Source: a virus
Lineage: Duplodnaviria > Caudoviricetes
Virus record (IMG/VR): IMGVR_UViG_3300028629_000032
Coordinates: 1 to 31,109 of that record
DNA: 31,109 nucleotides
Reading direction: 5' to 3' (one strand)
Part shown: piece after piece, positions 8,817 through 17,800 of the stretch
Numbering within the stretch: position 1 is the stretch's first letter
Layout: each line of letters opens with the position of its first letter
The notes under the pieces: model-generated
Told to the model about the DNA's origin: nothing
Database searches by the model: none
Seen by the model: the letters and a program-made list of their open reading frames with translations, nothing else
Made by a program: the position numbers and the translations under genes

Positions 8817-11800
8817 TTAAAATTTTAATATTTTATCTTTTTCTTTTACTTCGTTTAGCGGACCAAGTAGAATTTTATATCTATCTTTCCATGAAAATTC
8901 TAACATCTCTTTCACATTTGGAATTAAGAAATTTGGCAAACTCTTTTCATCTTCTGGAACTGCCACAACTTCTAACTTTTTACCATTTCCTAAAAAATTC
9001 TTATTATAATTTTCTGCTATTTCTTTTGGAGCTCTATCAAGATCAATTCCCTGAACATGGAACAAATAACTTTTTGAACCAACATTATGTGTATTGTACA
9101 TCAGTTTGTTCCAGTTTTCCATTGCCCTGACTCCTTGTGGGATTGTTTTATAATCTTCTAATTTCTTTCCCCAAGATACTGGTCGAGCAATAGTTTTATC
9201 CCCTTTCTTAATCTTATCCATAAAATCCTTTTCTTTGTTTTTAACATATTCGTTAATTCTTGCAATAGATACTTTATCACTTTTCAATAAAATATCAAAT
9301 AACTCTTTCAAACATTCTTTAGTATAAGATGGATAATCAGACCGTTTTGTATCCAAGCCCATTGCTACAATTTCATCAGTTTTAACACCTTCTTGTGAAA
9401 TAACATTAACAGCATAATGTTTTTTAGAAATAAATAATCCTCGTTTGATTACTAACTCATTTTTAAGTTCAAGTTTACTCGTTTCAATATCTATATTATG
9501 TTTTTTAATTATTTCTGGAATTAATTCTTTATTTAAGAATATCTGAATCCTATTACAATAATCATAAATAATTTTAAGATCCTCAATCTTACCTTTACCA
9601 ACAATATCTTGAAGTGTAGCAAATAAGCTGTCTGTATCCCCAGTTATAATATATGGTGTTACTCTGGAAACATCACCAAACATTTCTTCTTTTGTTAATG
9701 GTTCTGGTCTTATATGCTTTCCTGTTTTAAGAGAATCAACAAAGTTATTTGCTTCAATAATTGCATTTTTAATCATTTCTTGGCCAGTTAAGGTAATTGT
9801 TCTAGCACAATCAACATTGAAGAATCTAAAGACCTTATTTCCAAGAATACCGTAGAGAGAGTTTGCAAGAACTTTATAAACTTGCTGTCTAATATCATAC
9901 AAACCCTTCTTCGCTTCATCTCCTGCTTCTTTTGCCTTAAACATCTTTCCTTTGTATACTTTTCTTGATTGTAAAATACCTTCAAGAATTTCACTATAAA
10001 ATGATGTTTCAGACTTCTTAAAAAAACATCCATTTATAGAATAGATAAGATTTGAATCTTCAATTTTTTTCAATAGTTGTTCTTTAGTTACTTCAACTTC
10101 TACTGGTTTCTGAATGGGATCTACAATTACTTTAATTTTTTCTGGAAGTGCTTCCCGGTTATAAACTAAATCATAACCAAGTTTATAGTCTTTCAGTTTC
10201 ATGCAAAACGTGTTGACACCTATATTTAGTGTCCTAATAATTGATGGATACAGAGATGTAAAGTCAAAGTCAACAATATAGTCATGCACACCAACTATCG
10301 GTTCTTTTACAAATGCTCCTTCAAACGCTTCATCTTTTTCTTGATGAATCGAATTTTTAGAAGCTAATCCTCTTTCTTTCAAAAATGAAACTAATAAAGA
10401 ATCCAACTGCCCCATCGAGCTTCTTGATCCTCTAAAACTAGATCTACAAATTCTTCTTAGTTCATCTTGTAACTGAATATGTTTTAGTTTATTATTTAAA
10501 TCTCTTAGGAGAGTAACATCCTTGATATTGTATTTAATTGATCTATTTATATCTTCTCGATACATTTTTGAAAACATTGAAGATGTTTCTAGTTTTCCCT
10601 CTTTTAACTCCGCCATTGCAATTGCATTTAATGAGTAACTTTCTTTTTTTGACGGAGTAAACGCTTTATACAAATCAATCATATCCAAACAAATAACACC
10701 AGCAACATCAACATATCCCTGATAAAAATCAAAACTGACCTGACTAAATTTAGATAATGTATTTGGATCTATCCCTAATTTCTTTGCCCTATTGATAATC
10801 ATAGGCATGTCAAAATAGTTACTATTCCAGCCAGTCATGATATCAGGATCTAATTTTCTCACAGCAGAAAAGAATTTTGTTAATAGTTCTTTTTCATTGT
10901 TACATATTATGATACTTGGATCTTTATCTATTACTTGTTTATTATCTTTTACGATAGCCTTGGGATCAACAACAAAAGTTGTAACATCGTCATGATAACA
11001 ATATGTTATCATAACAATTGGATCTTTTGCATCCTCAATATTTGAAAATTCAAGACCATATGCATATGTTTCAATATCTAAAAACATAATATTAAGAGGA
11101 ACATCTGGTTCGTCCTCTTTCTTTCTTAGATAATAATCTTGTGTGTGTTTAACTGTAATCTTCAAATCACCTTCATAAGTGATCTCAGGATCTAAGTTAA
11201 ACTTTTGAGAATAGGGAATTTTAACTTGTAATAAATCACTATACGATACTACTTTCTTCGCATCAATTCCATCTTTTACTTGATAACAAATATAATCGTC
11301 GTTTTCTCTGTGATATACTTTATTGTTATTCCTGTCTCTAAAGATATAGACAACTTCACCTGTTTTCCCGACGAACTGGGTATCAATGAGTTTATAGTCT
11401 GTTGTATAATACTTATCTGGAATTTTGTAATGATGTACACCGGATTTAGATGACGCAATAGATTTTTTAACTTCACTAAATTTAGCTCCTAGAAACTCTG
11501 CTGCCCTCTTTAAATCTCCATCAAATTTTGGTTCCATATTTTTATTTCTATTGACATAAGATGGATGAAGTGTTAAGAAGACAGTGTAATCTCTCCATTT
11601 GAAAAAGTTGCCTGCTTTATCTGGACTTGTAATACCACTTTCAGCGATACCAAATGCCTTCATAGGAGATGTTCCCATCAAGACAATTAGTTTTGGTTTG
11701 CATATATCAATTATCTTAAAACAATTCTCTTTACATTTGGATATAGTTTCATCATCAGGATTTCCTGTATTTCCTTCTTCATTCAGAGTTAAGCATAAAA

Positions 11801-12050
11801 CTGTATTTGTCAATAACCATTTGAAATTCTTTTTGAAATACTTATCAAAATACTTTCTAAACATTTGCCCCGCTCTTCCAATGAGGGGAACTCCTTTTTC
11901 TACTTCGTCTTTTCCTGGATTCTCTGAAATGAATATTACTTCTACTTTTGATAGATCATCTTCACTATTTGTTTCTAATATACAAGATGGTGCATTAAGC
12001 AGTTTGCAGGTAAGGCAATCTGCAAATGAGTTCTTAATGCTTATGGCCAT
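8817..12050 (-). CDS. Family B DNA polymerase with N-terminal family-4 uracil-DNA glycosylase domain
   Basis: UDG4: CLTCKL, SENPGKDE, PLIGRAG, TNTVLC, HPSY; Exo: DIETY, GWNSNYFD, YNIKDV; Pol: DFTSLYPSII, KVLANSLYG, GDTDS. Confidence 0.95.
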   Translation of the reverse strand: MAISIKNSFADCLTCKLLNAPSCILETNSEDDLSKVEVIFISENPGKDEVEKGVPLIGRAGQMFRKYFDKYFKKNFKWLLTNTVLCLTLNEEGNTGNPDDETISKCKENCFKIIDICKPKLIVLMGTSPMKAFGIAESGITSPDKAGNFFKWRDYTVFLTLHPSYVNRNKNMEPKFDGDLKRAAEFLGAKFSEVKKSIASSKSGVHHYKIPDKYYTTDYKLIDTQFVGKTGEVVYIFRDRNNNKVYHRENDDYICYQVKDGIDAKKVVSYSDLLQVKIPYSQKFNLDPEITYEGDLKITVKHTQDYYLRKKEDEPDVPLNIMFLDIETYAYGLEFSNIEDAKDPIVMITYCYHDDVTTFVVDPKAIVKDNKQVIDKDPSIIICNNEKELLTKFFSAVRKLDPDIMTGWNSNYFDMPMIINRAKKLGIDPNTLSKFSQVSFDFYQGYVDVAGVICLDMIDLYKAFTPSKKESYSLNAIAMAELKEGKLETSSMFSKMYREDINRSIKYNIKDVTLLRDLNNKLKHIQLQDELRRICRSSFRGSRSSMGQLDSLLVSFLKERGLASKNSIHQEKDEAFEGAFVKEPIVGVHDYIVDFDFTSLYPSIIRTLNIGVNTFCMKLKDYKLGYDLVYNREALPEKIKVIVDPIQKPVEVEVTKEQLLKKIEDSNLIYSINGCFFKKSETSFYSEILEGILQSRKVYKGKMFKAKEAGDEAKKGLYDIRQQVYKVLANSLYGILGNKVFRFFNVDCARTITLTGQEMIKNAIIEANNFVDSLKTGKHIRPEPLTKEEMFGDVSRVTPYIITGDTDSLFATLQDIVGKGKIEDLKIIYDYCNRIQIFLNKELIPEIIKKHNIDIETSKLELKNELVIKRGLFISKKHYAVNVISQEGVKTDEIVAMGLDTKRSDYPSYTKECLKELFDILLKSDKVSIARINEYVKNKEKDFMDKIKKGDKTIARPVSWGKKLEDYKTIPQGVRAMENWNKLMYNTHNVGSKSYLFHVQGIDLDRAPKEIAENYNKNFLGNGKKLEVVAVPEDEKSLPNFLIPNVKEMLEFSWKDRYKILLGPLNEVKEKDKILKF

Positions 12051-12058
12051 ATAATCTC

Positions 12059-12583
12059 CTATTTTTTAAATTCTACTTCCATAACTGAAAAATTTTCTTC
12101 GACTAGTTCTTTTAGTGAAATATTACTCTTGCTCTTTTTTGGTTCTTTCTTTGCTTTCTTTTTTTCTGATTTCTCAATTCCCAATGCTGTATAAATCGCT
12201 TCTTTTTCAGGATTCTTTTCTACTAGATTGCACAATAGGGTTACTTCATAACTTTTTATCGTTGGGAATCTACTACGAATTTCATTCCATATTTTATCTT
12301 TCTTCTTTGGATATGGAATATACGATAGTTGATTTCTTTGAATTTTAAAATCTTTAACACATTTCTTAATAAATTTAAATAGTTCTTCTCTATCCAAATA
12401 CCACAAACCAATATTATTGAACTGTTCATTCAAATAATAATTTAGTTTTCCTGATGCTAAAAACACATTGATTGCATACATTGAAGTAATTGGAGAATTA
12501 TATTTTAGAAGAACTTCTCTATTTGGAATTTCAGATTTGAGGTTACCATCAAATAACCAAGTGTTGAAAGTTTTAAATGGCAT
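12059..12583 (-). CDS. Hypothetical protein (weakly clamp-loader small subunit-like by size and context)
   Basis: 174 aa immediately upstream of polB; function not established. Confidence 0.5.
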   Translation of the reverse strand: MPFKTFNTWLFDGNLKSEIPNREVLLKYNSPITSMYAINVFLASGKLNYYLNEQFNNIGLWYLDREELFKFIKKCVKDFKIQRNQLSYIPYPKKKDKIWNEIRSRFPTIKSYEVTLLCNLVEKNPEKEAIYTALGIEKSEKKKAKKEPKKSKSNISLKELVEENFSVMEVEFKK

Positions 12584-12606
12584 ATATCACCTTTATATTA
12601 TGTTCC

Positions 12607-13626
12607 TTATAATGCTTTCATTTTCCCAATCAAATTTTCATAAAAATTGTATGCTAAATTATTAGTTTTCAATTCTGGTGCTCTATAATATTGAGGATCT
12701 TCTAATAGGTATGAATATAATAAATTTTTTAATTCTTCATAATTATTATATAAGCATCTTGGGGGAAGTAACTCTGGATACGAAAATGCGTTTGGCGCAA
12801 GAGGAATAGTATTATTCAAAATAGCATCAACTACTTGATACCCATATGTCTCTTCGCGAGAGCTTATAAGTAATACTCTTCCACTAGATACAAACTTATA
12901 ATACTCTTCCCAACTATTACATTCTTTTCTAACAATCTTTCCAAATTCTCTTTCAATTTTTTCTTCAATTTCTTGATTAACTTTTTGATATGATGGTCTT
13001 GCAACAGAGATTATATTATACTTCTTTTCTTCTTTAAATGTTGGCATTGGTGGATTTGGTAGTCCTATCACTTCTAGTTTTCTACCATTAAAACTTACTA
13101 TTAAACCAAGTTCAGTTAATTTATTATAATGATATTTACTTCCAATAAAAACTTTATCAAAAATAGATGACTGTCCACACTCGACTAACCATTTACTTCT
13201 TCTAACATTTTCAAAATAATCACCAACATTCAAACTTGTAGCATGACAATATGCATAACATTTCCGTGGTCTTCTATGATGTAACACATTTGCAAAGAAA
13301 CCTGGAAAACTTAAGTCAGACATGAATAATGTATCATCTAGTTTTATATCCAAATCTAAATACTCTTGTATCTGCTCAGTTTCAAATTTTATTGCAGCAT
13401 CAACTGGAGAAAACATATTTGCATCAGATTTGAGTGCATCGTTCCAAGAATTTTCATCATATATTTTTGAACTATATGGTTGATCCTTAAGTCCAAAATG
13501 AGTTCTGATTCCAAGAACAATTACATTATCATAATGTTTCCAAAAGTTTTTTGAAAACTCTGATAGCCACCAGGATTGATATCTGAGAGGAGTAGGATAT
13601 TGAGGAACAAAAATTAGTCTTCCCAT
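12607..13626 (-). CDS. GT-B (GT4-like) glycosyltransferase
   Basis: SREETYGYQVVDAILNNTIPLAPNAFSYPEL nucleotide-sugar motif; start reassigned to ATG 13626 behind GGAGG. Confidence 0.8.
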   Translation of the reverse strand: MGRLIFVPQYPTPLRYQSWWLSEFSKNFWKHYDNVIVLGIRTHFGLKDQPYSSKIYDENSWNDALKSDANMFSPVDAAIKFETEQIQEYLDLDIKLDDTLFMSDLSFPGFFANVLHHRRPRKCYAYCHATSLNVGDYFENVRRSKWLVECGQSSIFDKVFIGSKYHYNKLTELGLIVSFNGRKLEVIGLPNPPMPTFKEEKKYNIISVARPSYQKVNQEIEEKIEREFGKIVRKECNSWEEYYKFVSSGRVLLISSREETYGYQVVDAILNNTIPLAPNAFSYPELLPPRCLYNNYEELKNLLYSYLLEDPQYYRAPELKTNNLAYNFYENLIGKMKAL

Positions 13627-13654
13627 ATTCCCTCCAGGGAAAAAATTACTAGCT

Positions 13655-14134
13655 TCAGCTTTTGCACCCTTTACCATCAATACTGCATGCTACTGGATTT
13701 TGAGATTCATCTGTAACTACAGATTCAGCAGAACATCCACAAGAGGAATCTGGAATACTGTCCACACATCCAGTATTTATTGATAGTTCTACAAGTTCAT
13801 ATGCAATAATTCCATCTTTTATTTTCTGCCAAGTTTCTCTATTAAATGGCCCATCTGGAAGGTCATTTCCTCTAGTCCAATCCTCTCCAGCTCTTGGTTT
13901 TCTTGTAGACGCTTGACAACCCAAATAACCATCATCATTAACTTTATCAATTGCAACAATGCTATAATAATGAGAATCAGTATAAATATACAACACTACT
14001 CGTTCAAAATTCTCATCTGGATCAGTTGGGTTTCCTATTCCTTCTCTTTCAACAATTTGAACAAACTTATGTGTATCATATGGATACCTGGTTATTTCTT
14101 TTAACCATTCCATCAATTCTACAATCTTACTCAT
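13655..14134 (-). CDS. Hypothetical protein
   Basis: 159 aa with AGGAGG RBS. Confidence 0.65.
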   Translation of the reverse strand: MSKIVELMEWLKEITRYPYDTHKFVQIVEREGIGNPTDPDENFERVVLYIYTDSHYYSIVAIDKVNDDGYLGCQASTRKPRAGEDWTRGNDLPDGPFNRETWQKIKDGIIAYELVELSINTGCVDSIPDSSCGCSAESVVTDESQNPVACSIDGKGCKS

Positions 14135-14143
14135 AAAAACCTC

Positions 14144-14638
14144 CTATAATAACCACTTACAATATCCTTCAAAAATGTAATACTTACCATCATTATTCCA
14201 TAAATTCTTTTGAGATGGATATACATCATCAAGAAGTTTCTTTTTTTCATCTTTGTTTTTTACTTCAAAAATATATGGTGCTTGCATATTAACATTGTAA
14301 AAAATAACATTATATTTCATTTCTCTTAAAAAATTTTCTCCTATTGAACCAGACATTCTATGCGCAGGATGAAACTCATGAATGGGATCTGGAAAATAAT
14401 AGGTATTATAGGGAGAGAGAAGATGACCAGGAATAGATTTCTGAAACAACTGAACTTTTAGGTTTGGAACAAAATCTTTAAGTTTTAGGGCTTCTTCTCT
14501 TCTTTCATTTGATACATTTTCTGTATAAATAACAACTGGTGAAATATCTTTGTTTGTTAGAATAGAATAACAACCAATTATTTCGTCATCTGGATGTGGT
14601 GCAATAATAATAACTTCAGATTTTTTTCCGTTTTCCAT
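14144..14638 (-). CDS. PIG-L/LmbE-family N-acetylhexosamine deacetylase
   Basis: APHPDDEIIG, RREEA, HPAH, YPSQ. Confidence 0.85.
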   Translation of the reverse strand: MENGKKSEVIIIAPHPDDEIIGCYSILTNKDISPVVIYTENVSNERREEALKLKDFVPNLKVQLFQKSIPGHLLSPYNTYYFPDPIHEFHPAHRMSGSIGENFLREMKYNVIFYNVNMQAPYIFEVKNKDEKKKLLDDVYPSQKNLWNNDGKYYIFEGYCKWLL

Positions 14639-14640
14639 TT

Positions 14641-14898
14641 TTACCTCACAAAATCACTGGGAAATTTGTACTTTGCATTTTCAAGTTCTTCATCTAGGTT
14701 TACGTTTTCTGATTCACAGTAAAATTTAATTGCATGAAGAAGACTATCAAATTTCTTTACATAATGTGGTTTATCCCACCAAACTTCTGGAGGATAATGT
14801 TGTTTTTCAGAATACAAAAGGTCAACAGTATTATTTGTAGATCTAACTATTTTCGCATATCCCCACCAATTACAATCACCATATACACACCAATTCAT
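14641..14898 (-). CDS. Hypothetical protein
   Basis: 85 aa, operon packing. Confidence 0.55.
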   Translation of the reverse strand: MNWCVYGDCNWWGYAKIVRSTNNTVDLLYSEKQHYPPEVWWDKPHYVKKFDSLLHAIKFYCESENVNLDEELENAKYKFPSDFVR

Positions 14899-14901
14899 AT
14901 T

Positions 14902-15165
14902 TCACCTTAATGTAGGATTTGATAAAACTTCAAAGGTAGGATAAAACTCAAAATTTGGACATTCAAATATTGGAGTTACCAGATTAAACTTAACACAGTT
15001 CTCATATATTGATTTTGCTATTTCACAATTTCTTTCTTCACCAGGATAGAATTTTGAACATACATAACAAAGACATAACGAAGTATGTTTTCCCTTCAAA
15101 TCTTCTCTTACCCATACTTCTTTTCCATGATGTTCATACATCATGTACTTCAGTTTTTTTGGCAT
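14902..15165 (-). CDS. Cys-rich hypothetical protein
   Basis: CLCYVC..C..C..C pattern. Confidence 0.6.
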   Translation of the reverse strand: MPKKLKYMMYEHHGKEVWVREDLKGKHTSLCLCYVCSKFYPGEERNCEIAKSIYENCVKFNLVTPIFECPNFEFYPTFEVLSNPTLR

Positions 15166-15485
15166 TTCTCAATCCTTTCCCTACAATCTGGACAACGCCT
15201 ATATAACTCAACTATATTTTGTTCTGAATCAACACAACCACATTCCCATAATTGACAGTCATATAACTGTGGTTTATAGTTATGTTTATAACCTCTTCTC
15301 TTCATTTCTTCAGCAAGTTCATCATGTCTACGCAAGATATTATGAACTTCTACTAAACCACCATTGATATAACCATCAATCTTTTTTCCTTCTCGGAGAG
15401 TCCCCGCGAACATGTGCATTTCCAGGTGCTCCCCGAGAAGGTGTTTTCTGCATAGGAGCTTGGGATCCACTTTCCACATCCTCAT
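15150..15485 (-). CDS. Pyrimidine-dimer DNA glycosylase (DenV/endonuclease V family)
   Basis: MRMW..DPKLLCRKHLLGEHLEMH...EMKRRGYKH. Confidence 0.8.
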   Translation of the reverse strand: MRMWKVDPKLLCRKHLLGEHLEMHMFAGTLREGKKIDGYINGGLVEVHNILRRHDELAEEMKRRGYKHNYKPQLYDCQLWECGCVDSEQNIVELYRRCPDCRERIEKCQKN

Positions 15486-15555
15486 CGTTCACCTCACGAT
15501 AACCAACGATTTCAAATGACTCAACTATTTTATCCCAAAGCTCATCTTTAATCAA

Positions 15556-15756
15556 TTATTCTTTTCCCTCTTTAATTTTTTCCATGATTCTAATACGAAT
15601 TTCCTGAGCTACCTTCTTAAGAGCCTGCATGTCCTTCCTAACCCTACCAGCAGCAGACTTATTTCCCTTTTCTACATACTTGGTAAGATTAACTTCTGCT
15701 TCCGCTACTACACCCTTTACTTTCTCTAATAGTGCTTTCAGTTCGTCCATGTTCAC
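15556..15756 (-). CDS. Histone H1-like Hc1 family nucleoid protein
   Basis: KYVEKGNKSAAGRVRKDMQALKKVAQEIR. Confidence 0.75.
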   Translation of the reverse strand: MNMDELKALLEKVKGVVAEAEVNLTKYVEKGNKSAAGRVRKDMQALKKVAQEIRIRIMEKIKEGKE

Positions 15757-15810
15757 TTACTCCTTAAAATAGATTTATTGTATGTTCCCATACTTAAAAA
15801 AAGTTTCCCA

Positions 15811-16005
15811 TTATTTATTTCGTTTTTTCCAAGCTTCTTGATATAATCTAGAAATACTTAGAAATATTGCTAAAAAGAATAAACCAAGCATAAATGATGG
15901 TTCAGTTCCAAACTCACTATCTATCAAATAACCAATGTAAAAAAACAGTACAGAGGATATAACTATTACAAATCCCCATGTACTTAAGATTAGTATTTTA
16001 CCCAT
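15811..16005 (-). CDS. AtpZ/AtpI (ATP synthase gene 1)-like small membrane protein
   Basis: Two TM helices linked by IGYLIDSEFGTEP. Confidence 0.7.
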   Translation of the reverse strand: MGKILILSTWGFVIVISSVLFFYIGYLIDSEFGTEPSFMLGLFFLAIFLSISRLYQEAWKKRNK

Positions 16006-16041
16006 AGCATTTTAATATTTGTTCTTGGTTTATACATTAAG

Positions 16042-16057
16042 TTCTATATATATTAAT
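16042..16057 (+). promoter_or_regulatory. Conserved 16-mer TTCTATATATATTAAT, putative promoter (copy 1)
   Basis: Exact copy ahead of a plus-strand gene block. Confidence 0.75.
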
Positions 16058-16105
16058 TTTCAAGAAATGAGAAATTAACTTTTTAACCAACAAGGAGGAA
16101 TAATA

Positions 16106-16423
16106 ATGAAAAGATGTGATTTTTGTGGTACAGTGAAGAAGGCAATTGTAAAAAAAAGACAGTATAGTATTAAGATTTATGATCAAAAGAAAAAGAAGAG
16201 AAGCACCCTGAAGATATGCACGAGAAAAGAAACTGTAGTTTATTGCCCGGCATGTAAGGAGAGAATGAAGGCAGAGAGTATAAACAGGAATGACCCCCAA
16301 ACATGGATTAAATACATGGAGAAAAATCCAGAATACGAAAAAACAATATGTGCTGGGATTCCTGTGATGACACTCAAGAGGATGTTATTTACAGAGAAGA
16401 GGAAATTGGAGAAGATGATCTAG
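16106..16423 (+). CDS. Zinc-ribbon hypothetical protein
   Basis: CDFC...CPAC; AAGGAGG RBS. Confidence 0.65.
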   Translation: MKRCDFCGTVKKAIVKKRQYSIKIYDQKKKKRSTLKICTRKETVVYCPACKERMKAESINRNDPQTWIKYMEKNPEYEKTICAGIPVMTLKRMLFTEKRKLEKMI

Positions 16424-16451
16424 TTCCAATTTATAACAAGGAGGTAATTGG

Positions 16452-17129
16452 ATGGCACTTAATGTCAGAAAAATTTCAAATGATGTGTATGAAAGAGTCG
16501 GTTCGTATCTATGCAACTTTGGAGAAACACAATATCAAGTTCCAAAGTCTGAGTACGAGAGATTAGCATCTCTCTATAGCAGGGAACTTGGAAGAGAAAT
16601 TTCTCCAATTGAAGTTCGAGATGCAACTCGAAAATTCAAACACACAACTGGTGTTCCAACAGCTCGTGGGGCAAATTTCAGAGTTCAGTTGGTTGATGGT
16701 CAACTGATTACCAGAGAATTATCACAACGATACCAAGCAACTCTTGAAAGGCGAAATAGGGAAGGAAGCGGGAATGGTAGTCAACAGGAACATTCTGGTG
16801 ATACTACACCCCAGGAAACCCAGACGTTCAATATCCCACCACACCTCAGACCATTTGAGAGAGAGATCAACAAACAAGTAAAACTCCAAACATACAACCT
16901 GAGAAAGGAGTTGATGGAGTCGAAGAAGGAAATCAAGGATCTCAAAGAATTGGTCAAAGATCTTAGCTCTTCATGTGAGGCAGAAGCCGAAAGATACAAA
17001 AGACTTGTTATCGTACACGATACCAAGATGGCAGAAATGCGGCACATGATGAAAATCGTTGAAGCTGTTGATGAATACACAGCCTTTAAACGATCAACAG
17101 AGAAACGAAAAACAGATGTAATCATGTAG
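16452..17129 (+). CDS. Hypothetical protein with C-terminal coiled coil
   Basis: 225 aa; AAGGAGGT RBS. Confidence 0.7.
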   Translation: MALNVRKISNDVYERVGSYLCNFGETQYQVPKSEYERLASLYSRELGREISPIEVRDATRKFKHTTGVPTARGANFRVQLVDGQLITRELSQRYQATLERRNREGSGNGSQQEHSGDTTPQETQTFNIPPHLRPFEREINKQVKLQTYNLRKELMESKKEIKDLKELVKDLSSSCEAEAERYKRLVIVHDTKMAEMRHMMKIVEAVDEYTAFKRSTEKRKTDVIM

Positions 17130-17135
17130 GAAAAG

Positions 17136-17211
17136 GAGATCGTAGCTCAGTTGGTAGAGCATCGGACTTTTAATCCGGTGGCCGAGGGTTCAAATCCCTC
17201 CGGTCTCACCA
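17136..17211 (+). tRNA. tRNA-Lys(UUU)
   Basis: GAGATCG/CGGTCTC acceptor, loop CTTTTAA, GGTTCAAATCC, encoded CCA. Confidence 0.95.
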
Positions 17212-17218
17212 AATTAAA

Positions 17219-17313
17219 AAGTTGTAATAGATGGTTTGGTTCGATTCCAGAACCCGCACCAGTTTTATCCAGTCGGGTGAAACTCTATCAAGGACGGAGT
17301 ACTATTACAACTT
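17219..17313 (+). ncRNA. Permuted tRNA-like RNA with YrlA (Y RNA)-like topology
   Basis: 12-bp terminal helix AAGTTGTAATAG/CTATTACAACTT enclosing a T-arm (TTTGG-TTCGATT-CCAGA), a closed acceptor-like stem (ACCCG/CGGGT) and a D-arm (ACTC/GAGT, GG in loop). Confidence 0.7.
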
Positions 17314-17320
17314 AAAAAAA

Positions 17321-17443
17321 TAGCAGAGAGGTGTCGAAAGACCGGGAGATTCGTAGTAAAGTTCTCTTCGCCTTAGCCAGAGAACGAGCGTGCTTCAGGC
17401 CCGTCCCATTGCAGCTACGAGCATAATTGGGTCCTCTCTGCTA
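17321..17443 (+). ncRNA. Structured RNA of unknown class
   Basis: TAGCAGAGAGG/CCTCTCTGCTA terminal helix; internal TCGTAG/CTACGA and GTTCTCT/AGAGAAC helices; GC-rich, non-coding. Confidence 0.6.
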
Positions 17444-17457
17444 ATTTCTATCTTACT

Positions 17458-17679
17458 ATGGGGATAAGATATTTTATGCATAAAAGAAAATCATTGGAGA
17501 ATATGGCAACATCATTTTTGAGGAACAAGGGATACACTTGGGCAGGAAATAATAAATCAGATCCGGAATTCAAACAAATAGTTGAGAACAGAAGAGAGGA
17601 AAAATATTACCAGGTTGGTCCTCTTGGAATGTTGTCCAAGAAGAAAAGTGGTATAATTTCTCCAAGGAAAAGAAGATAG
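17458..17679 (+). CDS. Small basic hypothetical protein
   Basis: 73 aa ORF filling the gap in the tRNA cluster; true start may be 17476 or 17503. Confidence 0.45.
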   Translation: MGIRYFMHKRKSLENMATSFLRNKGYTWAGNNKSDPEFKQIVENRREEKYYQVGPLGMLSKKKSGIISPRKRR

Positions 17680-17689
17680 AACTGTGTGT

Positions 17690-17778
17690 GGGAGAGTGGC
17701 GGAACTGGTCTACGCAAGGGACTTAAAATTCCTCGGTATTTCAATACCTTAGGGGTTCAAATCCCCTCTCTCCCACCA
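17690..17778 (+). tRNA. tRNA-Leu(UAA)
   Basis: GGGAGAG/CTCTCCC acceptor, loop CTTAAAA, long variable arm, GTTCAAATC, ACCA. Confidence 0.93.
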
Positions 17779-17800
17779 TTTTTTATTTAAGGATATTTTT

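Noticed and set aside
8817-12050. Intein or intron in polB
   Set aside because: The extra length is explained by the UDG domain; motifs are normally spaced with no intein termini
17219-17313. Two-piece tmRNA or spliced permuted tRNA
   Set aside because: No tag reading frame or Ala G-U acceptor; the ends form a perfect helix with no anticodon loop or BHB motif
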